Shown piece by piece: positions 22,563-31,671 of a stretch of DNA of 64,000 nucleotides. The notes beneath the pieces are model-generated. The model worked only from the letters and a program-made list of their open reading frames with translations. It did not search any database and was not told the origin of the DNA. Within the stretch, counting starts at the first letter, position 1. Every line of letters starts with the position of its first letter. Origin of the DNA: Spirochaetia bacterium (GTDB lineage Bacteria > Spirochaetota > Spirochaetia > DSM-16054 > Sediminispirochaetaceae); assembly GCA_034520965.1 (NCBI GenBank), contig JAXHMY010000001.1, positions 288,001-352,000 of the forward strand, given 5' to 3'. The position numbers and the translations under genes were made by a program.

Positions 22563-23547
22563 GGTTGCCCCTCCCGACGATTTTACCCTGCAGGGTTCCG
22601 AGTACCATAATGAGTCCTCCGAAGAGTACCGCCACCGCCGAGGAGTAGCCGATTCGCGGTGAAGCCGTGCCGAAGGCATTCCGATAGATGAAAGTACCGA
22701 TCACGTCGGTTGAAAAAGCCGGTCCGCCACCGGTCATGGCCATCACAATGTCAAACACCCGCAGGGACATTACAATACCCAACAAGGTGACGATAATGAT
22801 GACGGGTTTGAGGGCGGGAATGGTAACAAACAGAAAGGTCTGCACCGAATTCGCTCCATCCACTTCGGCTGCCTCATACAGCTCCTTCGGAATGGTTTGT
22901 AAACCAGCCAGCCAATAGATGATGTACTGCCCGGAGTAGTGCCACACTTCCACCAAGATAACCACGAGCATTGCCAGGTTTATATTTCCCAGCCAATCGA
23001 CAGGCCTTCCGAGCACTCCAATATCCAATAGTATTTTATTCAGAGGACCGTTCCAGGGATTTAATATAAATGTCATTACTATCCCAATAATTGCGGTCGA
23101 GCTTACCATTGGAAGAAATAGCCCGGTACGGTACACATTAGAAAACCGCAGTCGCGGGTTATTCAGCATATACGCAATGATTAAAGTAAGCGGAAGTTTA
23201 ATCAGATTATTGAGCACTACGAAGACTACAGTATTTTTAAAGGCATTCCAAAAATGGCTATCCCCAATTAAATCCTGATAGTTTCGCAGCCCCACATAGT
23301 AACTCGGCCACTCTCCTATTCCGTTCCACTGAAAAAAGGAGTAGTAGATGCTGGCAATGATCGGCCACAGAATAAACATTAAAAATACCAACATAGTCGG
23401 TAAGAGAAAAAGGGCAATCCACATAGACCGCTGCCCTTCGGCTTTAAAGGCGTCCGTTTTACGCAGTTCAGACTTTTTCAAACCGGGTTTATTTAAAACA
23501 CTTTTTTGTACATTAGGTTCCTGCCCATCAGACCTACCCGCGTTCAT
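22555..23547 (-). CDS. Carbohydrate ABC permease (MalF-like)
   Basis: LAGLQTIPKELYEAAEVDGA; SD AAGGAG before ATG 23547. Confidence 0.92.
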   Translation of the reverse strand: MNAGRSDGQEPNVQKSVLNKPGLKKSELRKTDAFKAEGQRSMWIALFLLPTMLVFLMFILWPIIASIYYSFFQWNGIGEWPSYYVGLRNYQDLIGDSHFWNAFKNTVVFVVLNNLIKLPLTLIIAYMLNNPRLRFSNVYRTGLFLPMVSSTAIIGIVMTFILNPWNGPLNKILLDIGVLGRPVDWLGNINLAMLVVILVEVWHYSGQYIIYWLAGLQTIPKELYEAAEVDGANSVQTFLFVTIPALKPVIIIVTLLGIVMSLRVFDIVMAMTGGGPAFSTDVIGTFIYRNAFGTASPRIGYSSAVAVLFGGLIMVLGTLQGKIVGRGNHG

Positions 23548-23592
23548 GCACACTCCTTACTATAAATTGCATACAGTATTGCTGCTTGTTTT

Positions 23593-23620
23593 ATAGTAAC
23601 ACAATAATAACTGCTGTCAA
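23593..23620 (-). promoter_or_regulatory. Sigma70 promoter of the sugar operon
   Basis: TTGACA-N16-TACTAT with TG extension. Confidence 0.6.
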
Positions 23621-23635
23621 TACTTTTTTGATTAT

Positions 23636-23669
23636 TTATACAATACAATTTCTTTTTTGTACCGTACAA
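23636..23669. promoter_or_regulatory. Candidate operators TTGTA-N3-TACAA
   Basis: TTGTACCGTACAA (23657-23669) and TTATACAATACAA (23636-23648); another copy at 24919-24931. Confidence 0.55.
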
Positions 23670-23745
23670 TATAATTTTTCGAATATTTTTTTTATTAAAA
23701 CTGGAAGGGTTACTCTGAATCTTAGTTTTATTTTCTTGAGAGCTG

Positions 23746-24849
23746 CTACTTTTTTACAAATACCGATTTGCGAATGATCATTTCAGTTTTTAGAGTTTTT
23801 TCCAGGTAAAGGGGAGCTCGACTTGAAATCAGTTCTTCCATAATAGAAAAGCCTTCGTGAACTAGGGAGGCGCGGTTTACCCGCAGCGTAGTCAATGGAG
23901 GGTTAGCCAGATTGCTGGCCATAATATCATCAAAACCGACTACTGAGAAATCTTCGGGAATTTTGTGGCCCGTTGCATTGAGCAGGGCATAAAGCCTAAG
24001 TGCCGACACGTCGTTGTACCCGAAGGCGGCCGAAAAACCATCCTGTAGATATGCCTCAAGCTGTACCACAGTCTCTCCCTCATGGGCATCGAATGCAAAG
24101 ACCTCCAGCTGGATTCGCGAATCGCCCCAGCTTTTGATAGCAGATTGAAGTTCGCCTAAACGCCGATGAAAGACTTCATTCTCCTCAAACTCTTTAGAAA
24201 AAGCAAAAAGGAGCTTGGTGTGGCCCATACTGACCAGATAGTTGAGCATATCCCGAATTTTTTCTTCTGATATTAGTACTGAACCAAATTTTCCCGTAGA
24301 GCCCTTCGCTAAATTCCGGTTAATGAGAACTGCAGGAATCTCATGCTGCCCTAAAAACTCAAAATAGCACTGAGGTAAGCTACCCTGTACAAAGAAGCCG
24401 GATGCCTTGAGAGCCTTTTCCTTAAATTCTTCCGGAACCGTCTCGCATTCCTTATCGTAAATTATAAAATCAGCGTTTATCTTGTTGTTATTCATCAACA
24501 TAAAATAAGAGAAGTATATATCCCGGCTGTGACTATTTTCAGGATTCTCTTGATCAGTAAGCCAATGACTGCGAGAACGGTCGACCAGCATACCAATATA
24601 ACGGGTCGGCGCTTCTTCATACGGAACAGTTACCGTAGAGCCGGCACCCTGACGTGGCAGTAGATAACCGAGACTGGCTAAATGGGCGGTTGCCTTATTA
24701 ACTGTCTGCGGGTTAACTCCGTACTTCTCCGATAAGCGACGAATAGGCGGAATTTTCTCTCCGACCCCATACACCCCGGCAACAATATCTCGACGAATGA
24801 TATCTGCAATTTCAAGATACTTATGTTTCGAATTCGATTGTGTTTCCAT
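23746..24849 (-). CDS. GntR-HTH + LacI-type sensor domain regulator (AraR-like architecture)
   Basis: KYLEIADIIRRDI...PPIRRLSEKYGVNPQTV; C-terminal IPEDFSVVGFDD...PPLTTL. Confidence 0.9.
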   Translation of the reverse strand: METQSNSKHKYLEIADIIRRDIVAGVYGVGEKIPPIRRLSEKYGVNPQTVNKATAHLASLGYLLPRQGAGSTVTVPYEEAPTRYIGMLVDRSRSHWLTDQENPENSHSRDIYFSYFMLMNNNKINADFIIYDKECETVPEEFKEKALKASGFFVQGSLPQCYFEFLGQHEIPAVLINRNLAKGSTGKFGSVLISEEKIRDMLNYLVSMGHTKLLFAFSKEFEENEVFHRRLGELQSAIKSWGDSRIQLEVFAFDAHEGETVVQLEAYLQDGFSAAFGYNDVSALRLYALLNATGHKIPEDFSVVGFDDIMASNLANPPLTTLRVNRASLVHEGFSIMEELISSRAPLYLEKTLKTEMIIRKSVFVKK

Positions 24850-24856
24850 CACACAA

Positions 24857-24932
24857 AGTATGAAAGCAAAATAATCATTTGTCAACTGTAAGCAACACAA
24901 TTTTAATTTTTTCTTATATTGTATGTTACAAT
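24857..24932 (-). promoter_or_regulatory. Leaderless promoter of the regulator plus upstream operator
   Basis: TTGACA-N17-CATACT, 7 nt before ATG 24849; ATTGTATGTTACAAT at 24918-24932. Confidence 0.55.
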
Positions 24933-25100
24933 TTTTAAAAATATAGGGTGCACCTGCGATAAGATATAGACCTATAAATATGTCAAATTGGTACTTGGTA
25001 TAAAGAGGGGATGCAAGCTACTTGCAGCGCTCGGCTTTATCACGTACAATCGCGGCGCACGTTCACACAAGAACCTAAAAATTACAATAACGGGGAAGCA

Positions 25101-25682
25101 ATGCTACGCGAACTACTGAACCTTTTTATCATATTTTTTAAGATCGGACTGTTTTCCATCGGCGGCGGGTACGTAATGCTGCCTATGCTTCGCCGTGAGA
25201 TGGTAGAGGACCGGGATTGGCTCAGCGACTCCGAGCTCATCGATTACTACGCTATCGCCCAGGCAACCCCTGGAATTATTGCGATCAATACCGCCACCTT
25301 TGTCGGGTACAAGCGTCGAGGTGTGTGGGGTGCGCTGGCCTCCACCGCCGGTATGGTCGGCCCCTCGCTCATTATCATCACCATCATTGCCATGTTCTTC
25401 GCCCGTTTTCAGGATGAAGTGGTGGTTCAGAAGGCCCTGCGCGGTATTCGAGTGGCAGTAGCGGTTCTGCTGAGCTTTACGGTGGCATCACTCATCAAAA
25501 AGGCTGTCCACGGGCTGCAGGGGGTTGTTCTGTTTCTAGGGGCATTTACCGGCGTAGCACTGATCGGTCTCTCGCCTATCCCCATTCTGCTTACGGCGGC
25601 TTTTATCGGCCTGGCCGCAGGAACTTTTACTCGTAGAAAACGTGTCGACTCGAAGAACGACGGAAGGGGGGAGCCGAAATGA
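25101..25682 (+). CDS. chrA: Short-chain chromate transporter, subunit 1
   Basis: FFKIGLFSIGGG, AQATPG; promoter TTGCAG-N17-TACAAT upstream. Confidence 0.88.
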   Translation: MLRELLNLFIIFFKIGLFSIGGGYVMLPMLRREMVEDRDWLSDSELIDYYAIAQATPGIIAINTATFVGYKRRGVWGALASTAGMVGPSLIIITIIAMFFARFQDEVVVQKALRGIRVAVAVLLSFTVASLIKKAVHGLQGVVLFLGAFTGVALIGLSPIPILLTAAFIGLAAGTFTRRKRVDSKNDGRGEPK

Positions 25683-26227
25683 GTCTGTTTACTATTTTTG
25701 CCGCATTTTTTAAGATCGGGCTGTTTACTATCGGCGGCGGCCTGGCGGCCATACCGCTTTTGCGGGAGGAACTGGTGGCCGGGGGCTGGGTCTCGGGGGC
25801 CGAGTTTATCGACATGCTGGCGGTGAGCCAGTCCACCCCCGGACCTATCGGCATCAATATGGCCACCTATGCCGGCTTTAAGGCAGCCTCCTTTACGGGA
25901 TCTCTGGCCGCCACCGCCGGAATGGTCGCCCCTTCACTTATTATAATTATTCTCATTGCCCGGTTTATGCGCAATTTCTCGGACCATCCACTAGTGCAAA
26001 ACGTACTGGCCGGGGTGCGCCCGGCGGCCATCGGCCTGATTGCCGCAGCCGCCTGGTTTGTCCTGTCCAATTCGGTACTGCTGATGGAACATTTCCCCGG
26101 AACGGGCTGGTTTGAGCTGCCGGCCTTCATCCTGAGTGCGGTCATCGCCCTGGTATACTGGAAAACGAAGGCCTACCCGGTCTACTACATTGTAGCCGGG
26201 GGCCTTATCGGAATTTTCCTCTTCTAA
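25679..26227 (+). CDS. chrA: Short-chain chromate transporter, subunit 2
   Basis: FFKIGLFTIGGG, SQSTPGPIGINMATY; ATGA overlap. Confidence 0.88.
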   Translation: MSLFTIFAAFFKIGLFTIGGGLAAIPLLREELVAGGWVSGAEFIDMLAVSQSTPGPIGINMATYAGFKAASFTGSLAATAGMVAPSLIIIILIARFMRNFSDHPLVQNVLAGVRPAAIGLIAAAAWFVLSNSVLLMEHFPGTGWFELPAFILSAVIALVYWKTKAYPVYYIVAGGLIGIFLF

Positions 26228-26254
26228 GGGTCATAAAGTCATTGGAGCTCCTCT

Positions 26255-26779
26255 TTATTGAAGATACTCGAACAATGCTGCAAAGCCCTGGCCGATAGTT
26301 TTTGACTCATCGACTATTGGATTGAAGTCGCCGCCGGCCACATAGGAACTCATCGGGCCCGAACCTGAACCGGATCCTGCTCCGCTGCCGGCGGGGGAAG
26401 TGGAGGTTTCACGGTTATTCTGCCACTCTATTGCACGCTGGTCGACCGCCATCAACTGACCCGCCGACAGCACTTCAAGTTCAAGTTGCTCGAGGGTTTC
26501 TTCCGCCCAGTCGGGTTCGATCCGGTTCATCCCTTTGATCTTTTCCATCAGCTTTTTAAACTCTGCTTTCTGCTCTGCATCGAGGACCAAACTACTCTCT
26601 TCGATGGTCATGGAATGGACATATCCGAAAAAGCGGCCCAGGTCGTACACCACTGCTACCTCTTCCTTCGCCTCCTGTATTGCCGGGTCAGGCTGGCTCT
26701 GAGCCGCAGCAGCCATAAGGCCGGTCAGCATCAGGAGGAGCACCAAAGCCAAATTTGGTAAAAATACTGTTCGCTTCAT
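26255..26779 (-). CDS. Secreted hypothetical protein
   Basis: Signal peptide; Gly/Ser linker; last gene of the efflux operon. Confidence 0.7.
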   Translation of the reverse strand: MKRTVFLPNLALVLLLMLTGLMAAAAQSQPDPAIQEAKEEVAVVYDLGRFFGYVHSMTIEESSLVLDAEQKAEFKKLMEKIKGMNRIEPDWAEETLEQLELEVLSAGQLMAVDQRAIEWQNNRETSTSPAGSGAGSGSGSGPMSSYVAGGDFNPIVDESKTIGQGFAALFEYLQ

Positions 26780-26793
26780 CTTTCTATTCTCCT

Positions 26794-28020
26794 TTATTCA
26801 TAACGTAAGGCTTCGATCGGATCCAGCCGCGAGGCACGGTACGCGGGATACCCTCCGAAAAACAGGCCGATCACAAAGGCAAAGCCGAATGCCATGAACA
26901 CTGAATCCAGGGATACCCGGGCTGCCATTCCACCCAAATTGGAGGCGGCCCAGGAGGAACCAATCCCGATCCCTATACCGACCAATCCTCCTAAGAGTGA
27001 AATTATGACTGCCTCCGTGATAAACTGCCGCAGAATGTCGGCGGCGGTTGCTCCAAGAGCCATGCGAACGCCGATCTCCCGGGTCCTCTCGGTGACCGAT
27101 ACCAACATAATGTTCATTATTCCGATTCCACCGACTAGTAGACTGATTGCAGCAATACTCGCCAAGAGTATTGTGAAGGTTTCAGTCACCCCCTGCATAC
27201 TATCGAGCAGGTCAAGCTGGTTGGCAATATAGAAATCGGCGGTATCCATATTCGGAAGTCGGTGGAGTCGCAGTATTTCATTTTCGATGATCCTCTGCAG
27301 GTCCCGCATGGCTTCGGTACTCTCCGCCTGTACATTTATTACGGAATACTCATTTTCCCCGGAGATATACCGCTGATAGGTTGAACTGGGGATGAATACC
27401 GATTCGTCCGAGGTGGCACTGCCCTTCTCTTCCATGATACCCACAATACGATGGTTGATTCCATTTATGCGCATCTGCAGCCCGACTGGGTCTAAGCCTT
27501 CGGGGAAGAGGTCGCGATAGACCTGGATTCCGATGACCGCTACGGGCTTGCGGGTATCCAGCTCGACTTGCGAAAAAAACCGGCCGTACACGGGATGGAA
27601 GTTCCGTATCTGCGGGTAGTCCACACCGGTACCCACCACGGTAGCCACAGTATTCACATTGGAATATTTTACCTGTGCGGTAGCTGTCGACTCTGATGTT
27701 GCCGCCTGTACATAGTTAGGACCGAGGGAGCGAATCATTTCCAGATCCTCCTCCGTCAGGGTGGGCTTAATATTTGTAGTGTTGCGCCTTACCAGGCTTC
27801 CTCCCCGGGGTTCTCCGGAGTACACAATCAGGAGGTTTGAGCCGAGGGATTCCAGATTCTCCTCTACCGAAATCTGCGCACCATTTCCGAGGGCTACCAA
27901 CGCGATCACCGCCGCCACCCCGATCATCACTCCCAGGGCGGTCAGGAAGGAGCGGATTTTATTTGAAGCGATACTACGCAGACTCATCACCAAGCTTTCA
28001 CGAAATGCGACAACCTTCAT
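26794..28020 (-). CDS. MacB/FtsX-type ABC permease
   Basis: LLVGGIGIMNIMLVSVTERTREIG; PAYRASRLDPIEALRYE. Confidence 0.93.
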   Translation of the reverse strand: MKVVAFRESLVMSLRSIASNKIRSFLTALGVMIGVAAVIALVALGNGAQISVEENLESLGSNLLIVYSGEPRGGSLVRRNTTNIKPTLTEEDLEMIRSLGPNYVQAATSESTATAQVKYSNVNTVATVVGTGVDYPQIRNFHPVYGRFFSQVELDTRKPVAVIGIQVYRDLFPEGLDPVGLQMRINGINHRIVGIMEEKGSATSDESVFIPSSTYQRYISGENEYSVINVQAESTEAMRDLQRIIENEILRLHRLPNMDTADFYIANQLDLLDSMQGVTETFTILLASIAAISLLVGGIGIMNIMLVSVTERTREIGVRMALGATAADILRQFITEAVIISLLGGLVGIGIGIGSSWAASNLGGMAARVSLDSVFMAFGFAFVIGLFFGGYPAYRASRLDPIEALRYE

Positions 28021-28715
28021 GATGTAAATTCCTTCGCAGCTATATCCTGCAAAATCCGACCATCCATTATTTGGATTACCCGCTTGGCCTGTTTTGCCAG
28101 GTCCGTATCATGGGTAACCATCACCAGAGTAACTCCCTCTTCATTTAACCGGTGAAAAAGTTTCATAATGTCGATGCCCGTTTTCGAATCGAGGGCTCCA
28201 GTCGGCTCATCGGCCAGAATAATTCTAGGCTCGGTGGCTAAGGCTCGGGCAATAGCCACTCGCTGTCGCTGCCCTCCTGAAAGCTGATTAGGTATGTGAT
28301 CTCCACGATCGGTTAACTGGACACGTTCCAGCATTCGACGGGCCTGTTCACGACGCTTCTTCGGCGATACCCCGGCATATATGAGCGGCAGCTCCACATT
28401 CTCTAGAGCAGTTTCACGGCCCAGAAGATTGAAACTCTGAAATACAAAACCTATATAGCGGTTGCGAACATGGGCCAACTCGTTGCGATTCATGTCGGAC
28501 ACATTCGTTCCCGCCAGGGAATACTTTCCCTGGGTCGGAAGATCAAGACAGCCGATAATGTTCATCAGGGTAGATTTGCCCGAACCGCTGGGCCCGATTA
28601 TTGAGACAAACTCCCCCTCGGCAATGCTGAAACTCATTTCGTCTATCGCCTTTACGGTGGTCGGTCCCATCTGGTAATGGCGACTGAGCCCGTCTATCTC
28701 TATGATATTGGCCAT
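28017..28715 (-). CDS. ABC ATPase (MacB/LolD type)
   Basis: [28 protein letters not shown]. Confidence 0.95.
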   Translation of the reverse strand: MANIIEIDGLSRHYQMGPTTVKAIDEMSFSIAEGEFVSIIGPSGSGKSTLMNIIGCLDLPTQGKYSLAGTNVSDMNRNELAHVRNRYIGFVFQSFNLLGRETALENVELPLIYAGVSPKKRREQARRMLERVQLTDRGDHIPNQLSGGQRQRVAIARALATEPRIILADEPTGALDSKTGIDIMKLFHRLNEEGVTLVMVTHDTDLAKQAKRVIQIMDGRILQDIAAKEFTS

Positions 28716-28716
28716 T

Positions 28717-29907
28717 TTATCTGCTCCCGCCGCTGCCCGGCATATTAATAGGTATTATAGATGACCCTGAGGAAGTAGATGCTCCTTCTCCTAAGGTAAA
28801 TCCCGCTGTCTGGGGAACAACTACCAGAGCGCCCTCCGGCAAACCATCTGTGATAACCAAGTTCGTACCATCGTCGGCACCGGCGGTCACCCGGGTAGTC
28901 ACTACCTCCTCATTTTCATATACCTCCAGGTAGGACCGGCCCCTTACCGAAGAGACGGCCCCGGAGGGTACAATCAGGCCGGTATCATCACTAATGAGAA
29001 TGGAGATGTCCGCACTCATTCCCGGGCGTAAGCCCCCATCGACTGCCCGCAGAACCGTTGAAACAGTGAAGATTGAAATGTTGTTTATTACCTCCGCCGC
29101 CGGACTTACCCGTTCCACGGTAGAGCGGAGGACCTCGTTTCCAAGGGAGTCGGCGGTAATCTCCACCGGCATTCCTAGCTGTACTTTCCCGATATCAAAC
29201 TCATCCACTTCAGCGCGCAGGCGAAGCCGGGAGAGATCGGCAAAGGTCATGAGGGACGCCCCGGAGCTCATTACATCACCAGCACTTGTCCCCGCCTGTA
29301 GAACCACTCCGCTGAAAGGGGCTCTGATAAGCGTTTTATCAAGCTGCTCCACGGCTTTTTCCAACGCCAAAGTGCTTTGGGCTACCTTGATTTCAGCGGC
29401 GTTCACAGCAAATTCGGCGTTGACCTCTGCATCACGTGCAGCTTCCAACTCAGTTTTTGGTATAGACCCCGATGAAAACAGGCTCTGCTTGTCGATGAAT
29501 TCCAAATTCGCACTCTTATAAGCTAACTGCGCCCGCTGAAGGTCGAGTTTGGCTTGCTGCAGGTCCAGCTCTGCCTGCCGCCTGTCGTTCCTCTGATCGG
29601 TATCATCAAAATGGGCCAGTACCTCTCCCTGTTCAATTTTTTCCCCCTCCTCCACCGCCTCAATAACCATGCCCCCAAGGGAGCTGCGGATTTCCTGGGT
29701 TCGATAGGGTTCGACCACCGACGGGCCCTCCACCTTCACCGAAATAGTACCGGGTTTCGCCTCCACCACTGCAATCTCGTTTCCGGTATTGGAGCTCTCT
29801 GTCTCAGGTTCGCCAAGGGAAAGAGTTCCCAATAAAAAATATGCTGCAACGCCGGCCATCATTACTACAGCAGCTGCATAGATTGTTTTTTTCCTTCTTT
29901 TCTTCAT
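28717..29907 (-). CDS. Membrane-fusion / periplasmic adaptor (MacA-like)
   Basis: N-terminal TM, coiled hairpin, IRAPFSGVV, LRPGMSA. Confidence 0.9.
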   Translation of the reverse strand: MKKRRKKTIYAAAVVMMAGVAAYFLLGTLSLGEPETESSNTGNEIAVVEAKPGTISVKVEGPSVVEPYRTQEIRSSLGGMVIEAVEEGEKIEQGEVLAHFDDTDQRNDRRQAELDLQQAKLDLQRAQLAYKSANLEFIDKQSLFSSGSIPKTELEAARDAEVNAEFAVNAAEIKVAQSTLALEKAVEQLDKTLIRAPFSGVVLQAGTSAGDVMSSGASLMTFADLSRLRLRAEVDEFDIGKVQLGMPVEITADSLGNEVLRSTVERVSPAAEVINNISIFTVSTVLRAVDGGLRPGMSADISILISDDTGLIVPSGAVSSVRGRSYLEVYENEEVVTTRVTAGADDGTNLVITDGLPEGALVVVPQTAGFTLGEGASTSSGSSIIPINMPGSGGSR

Positions 29908-29946
29908 CGCTTCTTCCTTATATTGCTTAGGTATATTGCTTCGGTT

Positions 29947-31305
29947 TTAGTTTCGGATAAACTTATTTAACCGATCGGCTGTCTGGAGTGTGAATAGTTT
30001 TGCCTCTACCCTGTCCGCCACTGCTGAAGCGTATCTAAACTCTGCCCGTTCCAGTTGAGCCCGGGCCATAAGCTCATCGGCTAGGGTTGCCCGCTGATCT
30101 TCTCTGCGGGAGAGTATGGTGTCGAGGGTCTCCCGGCTCAATTCGATTGACCGCCGGGCATGTTCCACCGCATCACTGCTAAGGAGATACTGCTGATACC
30201 CTGATCGAATCTGAAGCGCCAGGCTAGTGCTCAACTGCTCCAGGCGTGTCCGGCTCTGATCTATGCGGGTTTCAAGCAGCTCCCCTTCAAGGCGGCCGGA
30301 TTGCCCGCTCTGCAGGGGAATTGATACCGTAAACCCCAATTCCCAGGTATCCACGCTGCTGCTCCCGCGATTCAACTCCTCAAAATCGGTTCCAATTGTG
30401 GCCAAAGGGAAGGAGTAGTTCATGCTTAACTTGGGGCTCTCCGGGGTGTAGGAAATGGAGGCACTCTGGTCCCAGCCGGAGAAGGCTAAACCCAGGGTCG
30501 GGGCCAGGCTCCATCCACGGGTCGCCTCGAGTTCCCGACGATATGCACTTAACTGATCCTCGATCTCCCGAGCTTCGGGGTTGTGTTCAAGTGCCCAGGC
30601 CGTGAGCTCCTGGGGTGAGGGAAGCTCCTGGAAATTAACTTCGATCGGTTCGAGCACAGCTTCATTCGCCGGATTTATGCCAACCCCATAGGCTATTTCC
30701 AACCAGCTGATTCTCATGCTGAGGGTCCCGCTGATAAGCGCATTTTCTGCACTGCTCAGCTCATCTTTCGCCGTATTCAGTGCCGATAAGGAGGTATCCC
30801 CGCGGTCAAAACGCTGCCGTACTACTCGAAGATTCTCCCGGGCTGCATCCTCTTCAGATTTTAGTACCCCTACTTCACGCTGGGCAAGCCAAGCCTGTTG
30901 GTAGAGGGTAAACAACTTCACATAGCCCTCAGCACGAGCCTGTTCCAAATTCACTTGCTCCCGGGTAAGGGCGGCCTCGGAGGTCTGCACCTCCAGCCTT
31001 TGCGAGGAGGAGAGTCCCAGGGGAAGGGCGGCACTTAAACTGCCGCTTAGCTGAGTCTGCTCGGCAAAATCCCCTCCATCTTCACTCTTTACCGATATGG
31101 AAGGGCTTAAGGAGAGACTGGGATCGCCGGGAAATACGCTGATTGCATACCTCTGCTCAGCTGCCTGCAGCACAAGCAGCGCTGTTTGTACTTCAGGTAA
31201 TCGATCAACCTGTCCGGTTACATCGCTCAGGGACAAGGCCCATCCGGTGAGGGCCGGGAAAAAAAGTAGTAGGAAGAAAATGCCTGCTTTATATCGTCTT
31301 ATCAT
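29947..31305 (-). CDS. TolC-family outer membrane protein
   Basis: Signal peptide, duplicated long helical repeats, operon context. Confidence 0.75.
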   Translation of the reverse strand: MIRRYKAGIFFLLLFFPALTGWALSLSDVTGQVDRLPEVQTALLVLQAAEQRYAISVFPGDPSLSLSPSISVKSEDGGDFAEQTQLSGSLSAALPLGLSSSQRLEVQTSEAALTREQVNLEQARAEGYVKLFTLYQQAWLAQREVGVLKSEEDAARENLRVVRQRFDRGDTSLSALNTAKDELSSAENALISGTLSMRISWLEIAYGVGINPANEAVLEPIEVNFQELPSPQELTAWALEHNPEAREIEDQLSAYRRELEATRGWSLAPTLGLAFSGWDQSASISYTPESPKLSMNYSFPLATIGTDFEELNRGSSSVDTWELGFTVSIPLQSGQSGRLEGELLETRIDQSRTRLEQLSTSLALQIRSGYQQYLLSSDAVEHARRSIELSRETLDTILSRREDQRATLADELMARAQLERAEFRYASAVADRVEAKLFTLQTADRLNKFIRN

Positions 31306-31363
31306 TATATTCCTCTATTTATATATAATTAGTAAATCGTCCTTATTCAATTAACCGTAAAAG

Positions 31364-31380
31364 TGTGAACAGAATATGAA
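31364..31380 (-). promoter_or_regulatory. Possible OmpR-type direct-repeat box upstream of the efflux operon
   Basis: TTCATA-N5-TTCACA, 11-bp period. Confidence 0.3.
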
Positions 31381-31542
31381 GCAAGTATGTTTAATTTGGG
31401 TATATGCACTAAATACTTGGGTGGATCAGGCGCAGCTTAGAATAGGGCCTGTGGATAGCTTTGGGCGATGGCCAGGAAACATAATGATTGCATTTTTATA
31501 TATTGACATATTCATATATTAGAGTTAGAGTATTTTGTGCAT

Positions 31543-31671
31543 ATGCAAAATACTAATAAACAAAACACTCCGCGGCCAGGAGCACCGAAGAAAGAACGCC
31601 GCTGCCGAGAGCTTGGACAATTTCGTCGGTTTAAGCCGGCAGGCCGCTACTGCACATCCGGACGGCTTTGA
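31543..31671 (+). pseudogene. Truncated DUF134-like regulator N-terminus
   Basis: MQNTNKQNTPRPGAPKKERRCRELGQFRRFKPAG resembles the PRP..RR..FKP.G start of DUF134 proteins; runs into the recQ 3' end. Confidence 0.5.

Noticed and set aside
29919..29944. Tandem TATATTGCTT(A/C)GG repeat
   Set aside because: Only two units in a short spacer; no array
31450..31458. DnaA-box-like TGTGGATAG
   Set aside because: Single mismatched box; no cluster or origin context
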